A stretch of DNA of 64,000 bases from the NCBI RefSeq assembly GCF_964194155.1, contig NC_135892.1:80352001-80416000 (forward strand), given 5' to 3'. The notes under the pieces were generated by a model. That model searched no databases. It was given only the letters and a program-made list of their open reading frames with translations, and was not told where the DNA came from. Positions 24,701-36,943 of the stretch are shown piece by piece. Each line of letters starts with the position of its first letter. Within the stretch, counting starts at the first letter, position 1. The translations under genes were made by a program, and so were the position numbers. Origin of the DNA: Cetorhinus maximus (taxonomy: Eukaryota).

Positions 24701-25865
24701 CTTGCTGGTGGGAAGCCTCTGATTTGCCCACCAAGCCATTACCTCACAGCCTCCTCACACAGGGCACCATATTTAAACTGCAGCTGCGCACACACTTCTC
24801 GATGCTTGCAGCCCAGGACTGCTCCAGTGAAGACATGGCCCCCAAAGCCAAGAAGAGTACAGCCCGCGGATTCAGTGACACATCCTGGGGATGCCTCCTG
24901 CACTTCATGGAGGCCCATCATGATGTCCTCTACCCCCGCTCTGGCCGCAGGAGGCCCATCAGTCTCACCGCTCCAGCTTGAGAGGTGGTGGCAGAGGTGG
25001 TCAGTGCCAATGCTGCATGCAAGAGGTCAGCCATCTAGAGCACAAAACAGATGATGGGCCTTGTCGTGCCACCAGGGTGAGGGAGCCAACTTATTTCTCT
25101 AAACTCACACACTCACAAGCCCATCACACATTCATTAGCATCTCACTCACTGCCAGCTCAAGGGATATCACCACTCACTCTCACACACACCCTCAAATCC
25201 CTATCTGGCCTCAACTCCTCTGGAGACTGCCCCCTCAGCCTTCACCATCTTGAGGCCACTTGTACAGATCAACATGTGCCCCCACACACACCTTGGGAAC
25301 CCCCCTTCCCTAGTACAGCCCTCGCCCTGCAGTCTTTTCCCTTGTCTGAGGCCACTTCTCCCCTTTCCCCAAGCAAGCCCTAGCCATGCAGCCATTGAAA
25401 AGCCACCCCCACCTCACGGCTGGCCTGGTAGGTAGAGACCTGCCCGTGAACCCCCCTAAACGTGATGTGGTGCTGCCTGTAAAGCCTGGTGCTGATGACC
25501 GCGAGTGCTGCCTGAAGCAAGGTAGGCAAACAAACCTCAAAGTCTCGAGTGAAGTGCAGCTCACCAGGTGCACGTCGCTTATGTGCAGTTATGAAACACG
25601 TTGGCATAATGCTGGATGATCCAACGTGGCGGGATGATTCTGGCAAGCAGGGCTTATAATGAGATGCTAAAGTGTTGAAGTTAGGTTCCTGACGTATGGC
25701 AGTGGGAAATGCGGCCCACCATTGACAGGTGGAGCAGACTGCTTTCAAGATAGTGTGAAAGCGATTTTTGGCCTTCTCGCCATATTGTCCCTCCCTGCCC
25801 ACCATGATGCCTGATGCCAACGGGGCTGGAAAATTCTGGCCTTAGAGTATGAGGGGCAGCTAGCT
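21790..25865 (+). mobile_element. CR1 LINE 5' half: 5' UTR, ORF1 (CxxC zinc finger plus SGNH esterase), ORF2 AP-endonuclease; partly duplicated and interrupted by a Harbinger
   Basis: ORF1 from 22446 MAGQVLCCNCGVWE..HVCKKC; VVVVGNNIVRRID, VCCLPGVRV, VVMVHLCTNNIG; EN YLNARSIHNK...YDLIAIxETW...GGRVALLIKD. Confidence 0.88.
24558..25841 (+). mobile_element. Internally deleted Harbinger, family B (Myb exon 1 only, no transposase)
   Basis: TSD TTA (24555-24557, 25842-25844); termini gggcggaggcatccc / aaaattctggcc; MAPKAKKSTARGFSD...VLYPRSGRRR; CR1 ORF2 resumes across it. Confidence 0.9.
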
Positions 25866-26260
25866 TCTTAAGGGGTAGCAGAGCAATTAGCCAACAGGGC
25901 AAGTTGTAGAATCCCCTTGCAAAAGGTGACCATGGCGCAGTCACTGCTGAAGGCTTTCACAGCCCCTTGCAAAGTCATCATCCCGGTTTGGACCAGTGCA
26001 GTTAACAGCGCAGCCTTGCAGTGGGGGTTAGGAGAATGCCTGTGCCTGAGCTGAGACCACAGCATGCAGTCCAATGGCCGAAGCTGCCGCCAATAGGTCA
26101 AGTGGAGTGGGGCAGAGGTGGGTGGGGTTTCGGACAGCCAGTGAGCGCACGACACACAAGCCATCCAAGTGATGGCCAACACTCTCCTGCATGAATGAAG
26201 GGGCCTTCAGACTTAACCAAGAGAGGTTCTTTAACACCTATGCTAACCCTGCAGAACATC

Positions 26261-27295
26261 AGGGTCCTGGAGCCTGGTGATGTAGCGGTATGCCTCATGG
26301 CTTACACGGAGCAGAGAAGAAGGAGAGTGTGGCGGAGGTGCCTGGCTCGGCAAAGGGAGGAGCACCTCCCTCAAGGTGAAGGGGCGGCAGGGCCTGCAGC
26401 ACACACAGCTGAAGATCCACAGCGAGCTGTCACTCACAAGCCTCTTAAACTGCACATTAATTTGTAGTCTGCACCCAAAGGGTGCAAAGTTCTGGAGCAT
26501 TTGGTGGCACTTTCATGCTTTTGCGTTGCTTGAGTGGGCAGAAAAGCTTCTGAGGCCAGACTCCAAGCGTGTCAATGGAGCTGCAGCTGAAAGGTCTCAG
26601 CTGCAGAAGAATGCTCACTTTTGACAAGCTTTTCCAAGTGTGTGGCTGCTTCCCGCATCCTCCTCCCCCCACATCCACCTTTGCCCATACGCCCTAGGCA
26701 TGTGCTTGTGTACTTCCTTCAGTCTGTGCTGCCTTGCCTCCTACCACCCTCCCACCGCCGGCCTGACCCGCACTGGAGCGACTTGTCTGCAAAAGCGCGG
26801 GTCTATAGAAGGCCCCTGTCATTCCTGCAGATGACCAAGAACCAGTGTCGCCGAAGACTGCGCATGTCCAGGGTACTGGTGGGTCACATTTGCCAGCTGC
26901 TGCGAGATTTGGCACCACAGGGAAATGGAGGGCATCCACTGCCAGTGGCCATAAAAGTGACCGCGGCGCTCAATTTTTACACCAGTGGCTCCTTCCAGAA
27001 TTCCACAGGTGACCTGTGTGGAATCTTGCAAGCCTCCACCCACAGGAGGTCACAGACGCCACCTTGGTGAAGGAACACAGTTTTGTGCATTTCGCCCAGG
27101 ATCAGGAAAGCCAGAAAGCAAGAGCGCTGGGATTTGCACAGATCCCGGGTTTCCACAGGTGCAGGATGCCATCGACTGCACTCACGTGGCGCTTAAATCT
27201 CCGTGGCAACAAGCAGTCAACTACATCAACCACAAGGGCTTCCACTTGCTGAATGTTCAGCTGGTGAGCGACCACCACAAACAAATCCTACAGGT
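26261..27295 (+). pseudogene. Harbinger transposase pseudogene (N-terminal part; ~350-bp insert; C-terminus deleted)
   Basis: RVYRRPLSFLQMTKNQCRRRLRMSR, HPLPVAIKVTAALNFYTSGSFQ, AIDCTHVAL, HKGFHLLNVQLV. Confidence 0.9.
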
Positions 27296-27430
27296 CAGAC
27301 ATGAACGCTGATCATCAGAACAAGGAGCCACAGGCAAGGAGAAATTCTTGCGAGTTTATTTACAATAGTGAACATTAAGTATAAGTGATTAACACCCATG
27401 CACAGACTGCGCAACTAATTATTCGTAACC

Positions 27431-28040
27431 CCCCGCTTTCCATCAGGGACCTGGGTTGGAGTGTGTTGCACGCAGCGGTCCCGTATTACCGAAGGATGTG
27501 TCGGTTCACGGACTCCCAAGATACCTGCCCCTTTTGCGGTCTTGTGGAGTCCGTGGACCATGTTTACATAGGGTGTTGAAGGCTGCACTCCCTTTTCAGT
27601 TATTTAAAGAACCTTTTATTGATGTTTTGTTTGCACTTCGGTCCCACGCTCCTGATCTATGGGCATCCGATGCGGAGGGGGTCCGGAAGGGAGGAGGACC
27701 TCCTCGTGAACCTGCTCCTGGGCCTGGCCAAGTTAGCCATTAATAGGTCTAGGCAGCAGGCGATCAAGTGGGTCGTCCAGCCCGACTGTCTGCCCCTCTT
27801 CTATGCCATGTTTCCGACCAGGTGTCCCTGGAGAGGGAGCACGTGGTGTCCGCCAGCACTATTGAGGCCTTCCGTGGGGACTGGGGTGTTTTATCGACCC
27901 CTTTAATCACATTCTGTTTTAATGTTGGTAAGCTTCCTTTAAACTTTGTCTTTGGTTTTGCAGTCTCCCTAATTTAGGGGTTGCATTTATTTTGTCCCTC
28001 ATTTTGTTAATTTAGCTTATTTGGTTGACTCTAAAAGAGT
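27431..28040 (+). mobile_element. Tx1-clade LINE 3' fragment (zf-RVT region plus T-rich 3' UTR)
   Basis: DLGWSVLHAAVP...CPFCGLVESVDHVYIGC...LVNLLLGLAKLAI; 15-bp TSD taatt(a/c)ttcgtaacc (27416-27430, 28041-28055). Confidence 0.85.
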
Positions 28041-29660
28041 TAATTCTTCGTAACCTTCCTAACCCTGCCGCTATGTCTTGGTGCTCCACAACATCCACAG
28101 CAGAAATGGAGGCAGCCTGCTGACTGCAATGTCCTGACTATGATGCCCTTGATGTGCGTCCTCTAGATGACCCAGGCCTGCTTTCAGGTCCTGCTGGTCA
28201 GCAGTGGCACCCTCCAAAACCTGTGGAGCTGGAGCTGCTGGGGTCATAGGAAGAAGGGATTTGGTTAGGCTGGACACTCCCAAAGTCACCTGGGTGGATA
28301 GCCCTGGGATGTGCAGCTGCTGACCCTCCTCCCTATGGGCGCCTCAGGACCCCTGACTGACTCCTTGAGGAGAAGGAGTGAGATCGAGCTGCCTGGCACC
28401 CCTCTCACGTTGACACTGTTGGAAGCCAGTGATGGAGTTCAGCCCACGCAGCAGTGCAGGACCAAATTCCTGGACCACAGTCTCCATGGAGGCTGCCATC
28501 CAACAGTGTTGCCCTCAGTGCATTGGCATGCTGGTGTTATCACCTCAGTCTGAAGGTGGATGGACAATCTAAGATTGCAGTGGACATCCCTTCCTCGTGT
28601 TCCCGAGCTTGCCTTTGCTGCTCCAGCAACTGAGGTATGGCCAAGTCCAGAGGCTCATCATCTGACTCGGACTCAGCAGATTTCAGGCCTCCAGCAGTCC
28701 TCCAAGTCCCGGGAACCTGGGAAGTCCCTGCTGCTGCCTGCTGTGGATCAGGCAGTGCGATATGGTCACCAGATTTTGACCCCAAGGCTACTCTAGAACT
28801 AGGTCTCACCGAGGTGTGTGTCTCTGCGCTGATGGAGGGGGTGGGTGAGCACTGTGACGGGCCATCAATTGGAGTGTCATTAGATTCTTCTTCCAAGGTG
28901 TCTTTGGGGCTTGAGTCAAGGAACTGGGTCGTGGACTCTCTCGGCTGCTTCCCAGATGTGCCTGCGAAAGCAAAGAGAGGTAATTAGTGCATGGCAGGGC
29001 ACTGTGGAACAAGGGAACTCACTCACAGCATGGTTGTCTGATGGATGTTGCACTGCTGGATCCTCACTTGGTTGAGCATCGCCAACCTCAACGTCAGCGG
29101 AGGAACGGTCCAGATCCTCGCCAGCCGGCTGGATGACTCTATTTTCAAAGTCTGGGAGGAACTTGATGTAAGGCATTCCTCTACCAGTCTGTGACCTTTC
29201 CGTTTTGTTGTGTGCCAGCTTGTCCTTCATGAAGACAGGTGGAGAGCGCGTAAGTAGGACACGTGCCAGTCCAGATGAGAAGGATGCCTGGCATGTGTGG
29301 GTGGTGAGTGGTGTCATGGACGGGGTGAGGACACAATCTGTAGGATAGAGAGAGTAAATGGTGATGTCCCTTGAACTGGCAATGAGTGAGATCACTGTGG
29401 AGATGTGATGGGTTTGTGAGCGTGAGTTGAGAGTGATGAAAGGAGTGACTTACCTCAACGGGACGGAGGAGATCATTTATCCACTTTTGGCACTGCATGG
29501 CTTTTGTCTTTTGCAGGCCATTGATGCTGACCACCCCTGCCGCTGCCTCCCATGCTGGATTGGTGACCTTGGTCTTCACCCAGAGCGGGGGTAGAGGACT
29601 TTACGGTGGGCCTCCACTGTGCCCAGTAGGTGACCGAGGTTTCCTCCCTTTGGCAGCCAT
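28041..29660 (-). pseudogene. Harbinger family B Myb/SANT gene, 3 exons, decayed
   Basis: VTNPAWEAAAGVVSINGLQKTKAMQCQKWINDLL; exons ~29660-29454, 29224-29068, 28961-28041 with GT/AG ends. Confidence 0.85.
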
Positions 29661-29946
29661 TACTTTGCAGCAGCTTCTGATCCTTTAGAGAGTGCTAGCT
29701 CTATGCAGGGGCGCCCTTTAAATATGGCACCTGGATTACTGACAGCCTGAGGCGATGGCGTGAGAGCGAATCAGAGTCTGCCCCGTCAGCAATCTGGCGA
29801 GTTTGCCGGGAGTGCATTATTAATGAGGTGGGATGTGCCAGGAATAGGACAATATGGTGTGAAAACCCACTACTGCGGCCAGCAGATTAATCGTCCTTTT
29901 TCCCACCCGCTACCACACTTAGTGAAAATTTGAGATGATTCTGCCC

Positions 29947-30065
29947 AGAGTTAGTAATTGAAGCAGGGCCTATAGTTAAAATTTGGAATAGGTTGGTAGG
30001 TGGTTGAAGAAAAAGGGAATAAGAACTGAAGATAAACACCAGCATGGACTGATTGAGCCATGTCA
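29947..30065 (+). mobile_element. Old CR1 3' fragment
   Basis: Degenerate CR1 ORF2 end and 3' UTR pattern. Confidence 0.4.
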
Positions 30066-30424
30066 CCCGTATCCATATTGTAACATCTTCGTAATTATAT
30101 CTCAAAATACAGTTGGATTAAATTTCATACAGGTCCCAGTCATAGGGATAGACAATGACATATTCCTGCAGATTTACTTGAGTTGAAATCAAAATAAAGC
30201 ACACTTCCTCGGGCAGAATAGTCCCAGATTTGCACAAAGTGCAGTAGCAGGCTAGAAAAAGTCGTCTTACCCGCCTGCTGCAATGGTGGGATTTCTCGCC
30301 ATATCGTCCCATTCCTGGCGCGTCCCACCTCATTAATAATGCATTCATGGGAAACGCTCCAGATCACTGGTGGGCAGGCTTCAATTTGCCTGCCCCTCCA
30401 TGACCTCAGTGCTTCCTCACTCCA

Positions 30425-30439
30425 GGTGCCATATTTAAA
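30425..30439 (+). promoter_or_regulatory. Putative TATA-like promoter of the Harbinger Myb gene
   Basis: ggtgccatatttaaa about 60-70 nt before the ATG; conserved in the same position at 24764 (variant), 29717-29731 (-) and 61714. Confidence 0.5.
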
Positions 30440-30496
30440 GTGCGCCAGAGCACAGCCTACTTCATGTCTTCAGACCAGGGCTGCTCCAGGCGACAG

Positions 30497-32231
30497 ATGG
30501 CCCAAAACCAAAGAAGACAGCAGCCCTCAAATTTAATGACGCCTCTCTGGGGCACCTGCTGGGCACACCGGAAGGCCGCTGCGACACCCTCTACCCTCAC
30601 TTTGGCCACAGGAGGTTCACCAGAGTCACAAATCCGGCCTGGGAGGTGGTGGCAGTGGCGGTCAGCATCACCAGAGCACAAAGGAGGTCAGCCATCCAGT
30701 GCAGGAATACTGGACTGTATTCCTCATCCGTTCCTCCAGGGTAAGTCAACCAGCTCATCACTCTCAACTCACACACTCACAAACCCATCACACATCCACA
30801 GGGATCTCACACCTCAAGGGAAAACACCACTAAATCTCACACACACCCTCACATCTCCATCAGGCTCATATCCTCTGGAGCTCGCGTCCTCATCCTGTCC
30901 ATGGTTTCGCTCACCACACAAACATTCCATGCAGTGCCACGTGTCCTGTTCACAATCTCTCCATCTGTTTTCATGCAGGAGAAGCTGGCTCACAACAGCA
31001 GGGAGAGGTCACAGACCAGGGGTGGAAGGGCCCACATTCGGCCCCTCACTCACTTTGAGAAATGTGCCATCCCACTGACTGGTGAGGACGTTGTCTCTGC
31101 CTGTGACGATGGTGAGGTCGGCAGCAAATACCCACGTGAGGATCCTGCACCACATCATCCCTCTCTCAATGCAACTGTGTGTGCTCTCTCACATGCTTTT
31201 GACTCTGCTGCCATGCACTAATTATCTCTACTTTGGTTCACAGGGAGCTCTGCCAAGTGACCGACACCCTCAGCCAGCCAGTCCCTCAGCTCCAACCAGG
31301 TCCTCACCTCCAGCCTAGAGGATAACTCCTCCATTGAAGAGCTGGAAATAAGCAGCCTGGAAGACCCATCACAGCGCTTACCCACACCCTCCAGCAGCAC
31401 AGAGACACACACCTCGGTGGGACCTAGAGCAGGCTCGGGTTCAAAATCTGATGGTTACTGCATAGACACGTGTCCGCAACAGGAGGAGGCAGGTTCAGCT
31501 GAGCTTCCTAGCACTCGGAGAACTGCTGGGGAAGAGGCATCTTTGAGGTCCGAGTCAGATGACGAGCCTCTGGATTTGGCCTTCCAACGGATTGTGGTCA
31601 GTCAGCATAAGGTGGGGGAACATCACACAGAGCTGTTGGAAGCCCTCAACAGAGTGGCATGTGAGCTGGAGGAGTGTGTTCGCTTGATCTCTGATGAAGT
31701 GGTGCCCACATATGTGCATATGGAGGTCTCCGTGAGAAGGATGGTGGATGCCATGGAGACCCTGGTCCAGCAGAAAGCGGAGATGAGCACAGGCCTGCAC
31801 TCCATCATGGTAGCCATGGATGAGTTCCTCAGGTGGCAACACAAGAGGGAAGCAGGGCACCTTGACATTTCTCCAGGTGCTCCTTGCCCTTAAGGAGTCA
31901 GGCTAGGGCCCTCGGGCACCCGAAGGGAGGAGGAGCAGCAGGTGGACACCACTGGGTCATCCTCTGAGGAATCTCAGAGGCTGTCCAGAGCTTCGGAGTT
32001 GCCTTTACCTGTGGCCCCCTCAACCTCATTCTCTGTCACCACAGAGGGAGCAGCTGTCCCACAGGAGGAGAGCCAAAGCAAGCCGAGCCCCTCAAGGCTT
32101 CAGCTCTCCAGAGGACTAAATCATCAGAGGTGACAGAGACAACCATTACACAGGCTGTCTCCACCCCTGCTGTGGATGTCAGGTCACCACTTAGAAAAAG
32201 TGTTAGGCCTAGAAAAGTTAAGAAATTCTGA
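30497..32231 (+). pseudogene. Harbinger Myb/SANT gene, 3 exons, decayed
   Basis: Exons 30497-30740, 30979-31135, 31244-32231 with canonical gtaagt/gtgagg donors and cag acceptors; EKLAHNSRERSQTRGG; ESDDEPLDLAF coiled-coil region. Confidence 0.87.
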
Positions 32232-32609
32232 TAACAAGTGACTGCATGGGTGAACACATTTTGTTACTTTATAATCTGAAAATATATTCACTTTCACTAC
32301 ATAATGTGTAATGGTGCCTTTCAGCTTCATTGACAGGCTTCACGAGTCCTCCCATTGCATCCACCCACCCCCCCAACACCCCACCCACCACCCCCCCATC
32401 CCCCCGTCCCCATCTCAGTCCCAGTCCCCGACCACTAGCAGTTCAGCTGCACGCATCCAGACCATGAGTGATTCTGGAGAGAGAAGTGTGTGTGTGGCAG
32501 GGTCTTTCAGAGCTTCGTGCAAGCACTCTCCCACATACATGGAGCCTTCATCCATCACACTCATCTCACTGACCTGAGCATTTTCAGTGCTGCCTGCTGG
32601 AGTTCTCTT

Positions 32610-33848
32610 TCAGTTGTTCACCTGAGCTGACCTGCATCTCCGCCCACCCACTGAGCGGGTGCAGCGCCTGTACCCATCCAACACAAGGCTCCACTGGCTT
32701 TCGATTTTGACAACAATGGTCGTAGTCAGATTTTTCTCAACTCCCCTGTCTTTTCCCCTCCCGCAGTCACCCATGTCCTTCCCCCCATCGCTGTCGACCC
32801 CCCTAGCATCATCTTCCACATCCCCACCATTACCTACCAACCTGAACCCTTGTCTTTTCAGGATGTCCAGGTGAATGTGCATGTTCCCTACATTCCTGAG
32901 AATCCCACTCCCATCCATATTGACCTCCCCTTCCTCCTCCTTCCCACCCCCCCAGAGTCCATGTCTGCCTCCAAATCTTCACCAACCATCTTTGCTGCCC
33001 CTTCTACTGCTACCCTTCCAGCACTCTCTGCCCCCTTTCATACTCACCATTCTGTCCTACCACGCCCACCCTCATTTTACTCCCCAGGAGGTAGTCATTG
33101 ACCCTAAGACCCTTCCTTTGCACGTTCACCTGGATATCCCCCACCCCTTGCTTCCTCCTCCACCCTCACTCCCTCCTCTCCCTGCATACCTTCTTCCCCC
33201 CGGACTCCTTCCCTCCTTCAAATTCCTTTCCCCCTCCAAACTCCTCCCCTTATACCTTCCTCCCACCTTACACCTACTTCACTACTTGCAGCATTCTCCC
33301 CCGTTACAGCCTTCTCCCCCTGTAGTCCGTCCTCCCCCCTCTCAACCTCACAGCCCCTGACATCTTCGTCCCCCCTCTCCCAACCTCACCCCTACTGACA
33401 CCTTCATTTCCCCCAGCCCCCCAACCTCCACCCCCGGTACACCTTCCTCTTCCACTCACAGCTCGACCTTCCTCTGTCCCCGCCTCGCTGATCATCCATA
33501 GCAGCCCATGGCCAAGACCTTGATGTTCCAAAGTAGGCCCAAAGCATTAACGGAGACTTCCCTCCTTCTGTGAGCTGCTTCGCAGTGGAGCCATTTCCAT
33601 GAGAAGCCACCCAGCATGTGATGTGCATGTTCCTCCAGGGCCTGGTAGCTATAGAGCTCCAGCATCTTCTGCTCCTCAGATGTCCACAATCTGAGCAAGG
33701 CCCTCATGGCAAGTCCCGGCTTCTGCACATCACACTTGTCTGGATGTGTTCTGGGCCAGGGTGTATTCCTGCTGGCGTAATAGTAAATCTGGCAATGGGT
33801 GGACAATTCCGGTTGGGCCTTACTATGCATCCTATTAGCAGGATGCAA
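32610..33848 (-). pseudogene. Unknown ORF-like segment carried by the Harbinger (Trp-rich N-terminal part, Gly/Glu-rich low-complexity middle)
   Basis: Minus-strand ORF pieces 33848-33492, 33628-33404, 33531-33304, 32918-32610; no DDE motifs seen. Confidence 0.35.
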
Positions 33849-36800
33849 GGCGGGTTCACGCCGGTCTCCAGCAGGATTCGCATTCTGCCATGGCGGACAC
33901 CATCAGATGATCCCGCTGTGCTTTGACACCAGCGTGAAATCAACTTTTGGCCCTCTCGCTATATTATCCTCCCACCACCTGCCACGATGCCTGATGCCAA
34001 CGGGGCCGGAACTTGTTTCTCTCACAGTGCTTATTTATTTTAATCCAACTATTCACAAAAAGCTTTCATGCTTTTATCCCGAGCAGCCATAATGCTGCTT
34101 TCCTAAAACGAGGCAATGCTTCCTACACTAACAGTCAGTACCATAGATTTCACCTGGCTACAAGTTTTAAGAAACCATAGATTGAGAAAGACCATTCAGT
34201 CTATCAAAATGTATCCTTCCACAGAACATATAACTCATAATGTACTCCATGTCACAGGCTAGAAAACTCTGCACTGACGGATAATCTATGGGGTCGAACT
34301 TCAACCCACCTCTGAATAAACCCCTGATCCCCTCCCAAGTCAGAGCTCAGGGTACTAACGTATACCATTTTTTGGTGCAACTTGGCCACCTGCTTCAATG
34401 GAGCAGGAAGGGTTCTACTCCAGCACCTTGCCACAGTGTAAGTGGATCAGCTGTGAAATTAAAGATTTTTTAAAAAATTACAGTGTCTGAATTTTTAATT
34501 TGCCGTACAAAAGTAAACTTGTGAAATACAAGTGTCCCAGGATCAGGTCCTGGTGCACACAGATGGCTGCTTCAGAACTGTAGGGAATTTTAATTGATGG
34601 GTCATCTTACCATCCTGTCCGTTGCCATGAAGTCCATATGGAGGCGGCCAGAATTTCAAAGCACACAAAGAAAATGAGTGATAGAGATCCAGAAGAGCTG
34701 GCACATGCTCCAAATTCCTCTGTCCTTTCACAGATTGGATGATTATTTTACCTCAGAACAGATACATTTTGGTGGTTGCAGATTGAATCTCCTGAATGAT
34801 TTCTTCCTACGCTGTAAACTTCCGTAGTTCTAAATTTCTTCTGCTCTAATGAAAACAGTTCTCTTTTTCACTCAATAATAAAGTCCTTCTTTCAATAGTG
34901 AATTGTGATAAACAATTTCACGTTCTAAAAGGCTTCTATGTGAAAAAGATTTCTTCTAATCCCAAAAAGTAATGAAGCAAAATTCCAGTTCTCTATCTAT
35001 TCCCAAATCTTTGCAGTGCCCAGACGTTCGACTCATCAGTCAGCGCAGGGTTGAACTTTGAATAGACAAATTCAGTTCAGACATCAACTATTTCAGGTCA
35101 ACCTGACCTTATGAGCAGGAACTGAGTAATAAAGGGAAGCCCTGCTGGATACTGGATGATTTGCCAATTCCATTGTATTCTGGTGAGGGAAGAGAGCAAG
35201 AGAATAAGGAAGGGTCCCTTCCATTATGACAAATAAAGTTCTATTTTAATCTTAAATGTACATATTTTTCAACAAGCATTCTTTCTTCATATTCTGTAAA
35301 AGTAGATCTATTGGCTCATGAACTAATACCCTTCACTTCTGAAATCAAATCATGGACCTAGAAAGTCAATGATCACCTGGTGAATATCGAAATCTATGTT
35401 CTTAATATTTCTGATTTATTTTGTGGAATTGCTCCCCAATCTGACAAAGTGTGAATATTACACAGTGACAGTTGAAGAAATGTTTATTGTGTGTTGAGTC
35501 TCCAGAGGGAGAAATCAAAAACACTCCATTTGTAATAATGCACTGTGTATTTTGCCAAGCACATATTCAGCTACAAGTGTGAAATTTGGCACTACACCCA
35601 AACCTAAGGAAAGATTTCACCTTTTCTTAGCAAAACATGAGTCATATACTAGAGTTGATTGCTTTTTCAGGCTGCCTGCAATATCAGACAAAATATGACA
35701 TGTAAAAGTGTAAGTATAATAATCTCATAATATGTCTATCTGTTATTAACTTTCAGACAGATGAGTGATTGTCACCTCTGATCTCCTAAGCCCAGCCAGC
35801 TTTGCTTCTTTTTACTTAATGCATTGTGATGCTGAAAATAAAACAATTATGTTAAAAAAACTTCAGCTATCAGTGGTATATTTATTGCTACAATATAAAT
35901 ATCAAATGGTAAAATAATTTTATTTGAAAATTATAAATAGTATGAACAACAAACTTTTTCACCTTATTGGTCCAATTTTCCCACTCCCTTTTTTATCACT
36001 CTCTCTTTCCATTCCAGTTTTTTTTACATTAATTTTCACTTGTTTCTACCAATTTCATCTTTCCTAATTTCTCCCAAAACAAATCAATTTGACGTCTTCT
36101 CCTAACCGGTCTTCTTTTTTTCCTGCCAAATTCCATTAATTTTGGTGGTAGTTGTTGTACGAAGTTGTGTGTGTCTGCATGCCACTGCAATATAAAAGTG
36201 CTCAGCAGAGCAAGGGTTAACGTGGGACCGGAGAATAGCACCACCCATGATATGATGTATAGAGTCACATGGTAATGGACTGAGAGAACAGTCTTGAGAG
36301 AACACTCTGGAACCAGCCTGCATGGAGGTAACAGCACCATGCATGACAGTAAGCGGGGGGATCTGTAAATAGTTGAAGGTTAACAATAAAGAATTCATGC
36401 TTAAATATACAAGTCTCAAGATCTCATCATTGAGACATCTAAAGAACCCATAGTACAACAGTAACCATTCATTGACTTTTAAACTTGTTTCCCAGCCAAC
36501 TGCAAGCCTAGACTTGGAAAATTGGCATGCTACAGGTCAATCCTTGACTTGTTGGCACGCATTAAACCAGAAAGAAGGTTGACAAATGAGTTTTTTCATT
36601 GGCAGTCCCTGGAGCCTATCAGATCCAGGATAAGTGAACTCAGATTCAGGGGCTCATTTGAAAACTGGTCAAGTTTGCAGGCAATACTAAAGAAGGACAG
36701 GCAGCTGAGACTGCACAGCTTGGGAACAACAAATGAGTTAATCGAAATGGATAGATCAACAACAGGTTAAATTTAATTTTGGGAAATTTAGGGTAGTCCA

Positions 36801-36943
36801 TGCAGGAAGAAAAATAAGAGAAATAAAGATTTGACAAATAGTATCAAAGTAGCTAATGTTGAAGTGAAAGAGATCTAAGGATTTTGTAAAGCCAATTTTC
36901 CTTCCTTTCCTCCATCAGACTTGGCCTGACCTAAATCCACCTG

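Larger units (their letters stand above)
25866..29946 (+). mobile_element. Harbinger family B element, left end truncated; partial transposase (+) and Myb gene (-)
   Basis: Right terminus gatgattctgccc at 29946; convergent gene remnants. Confidence 0.88.
30211..34020 (+). mobile_element. Harbinger family B-related element with a Myb gene but no transposase; unknown segment in the transposase slot
   Basis: Left end gggcagaatagtcccagatttgc; 33920-34012 homologous to the right end 25740-25835; terminal bases of the right TIR degenerate. Confidence 0.82.

Noticed and set aside
32875-33360. 161-aa Pro/Leu-rich plus-strand ORF
   Set aside because: Artefact of a C/T-rich strand that lacks stop codons.
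35021-35040. Hammerhead-like words on the minus strand (ctgatgagtcgaacgtc)
   Set aside because: No room for stem II, GAAAC is reduced to GAAC, and no Penelope context is evident.
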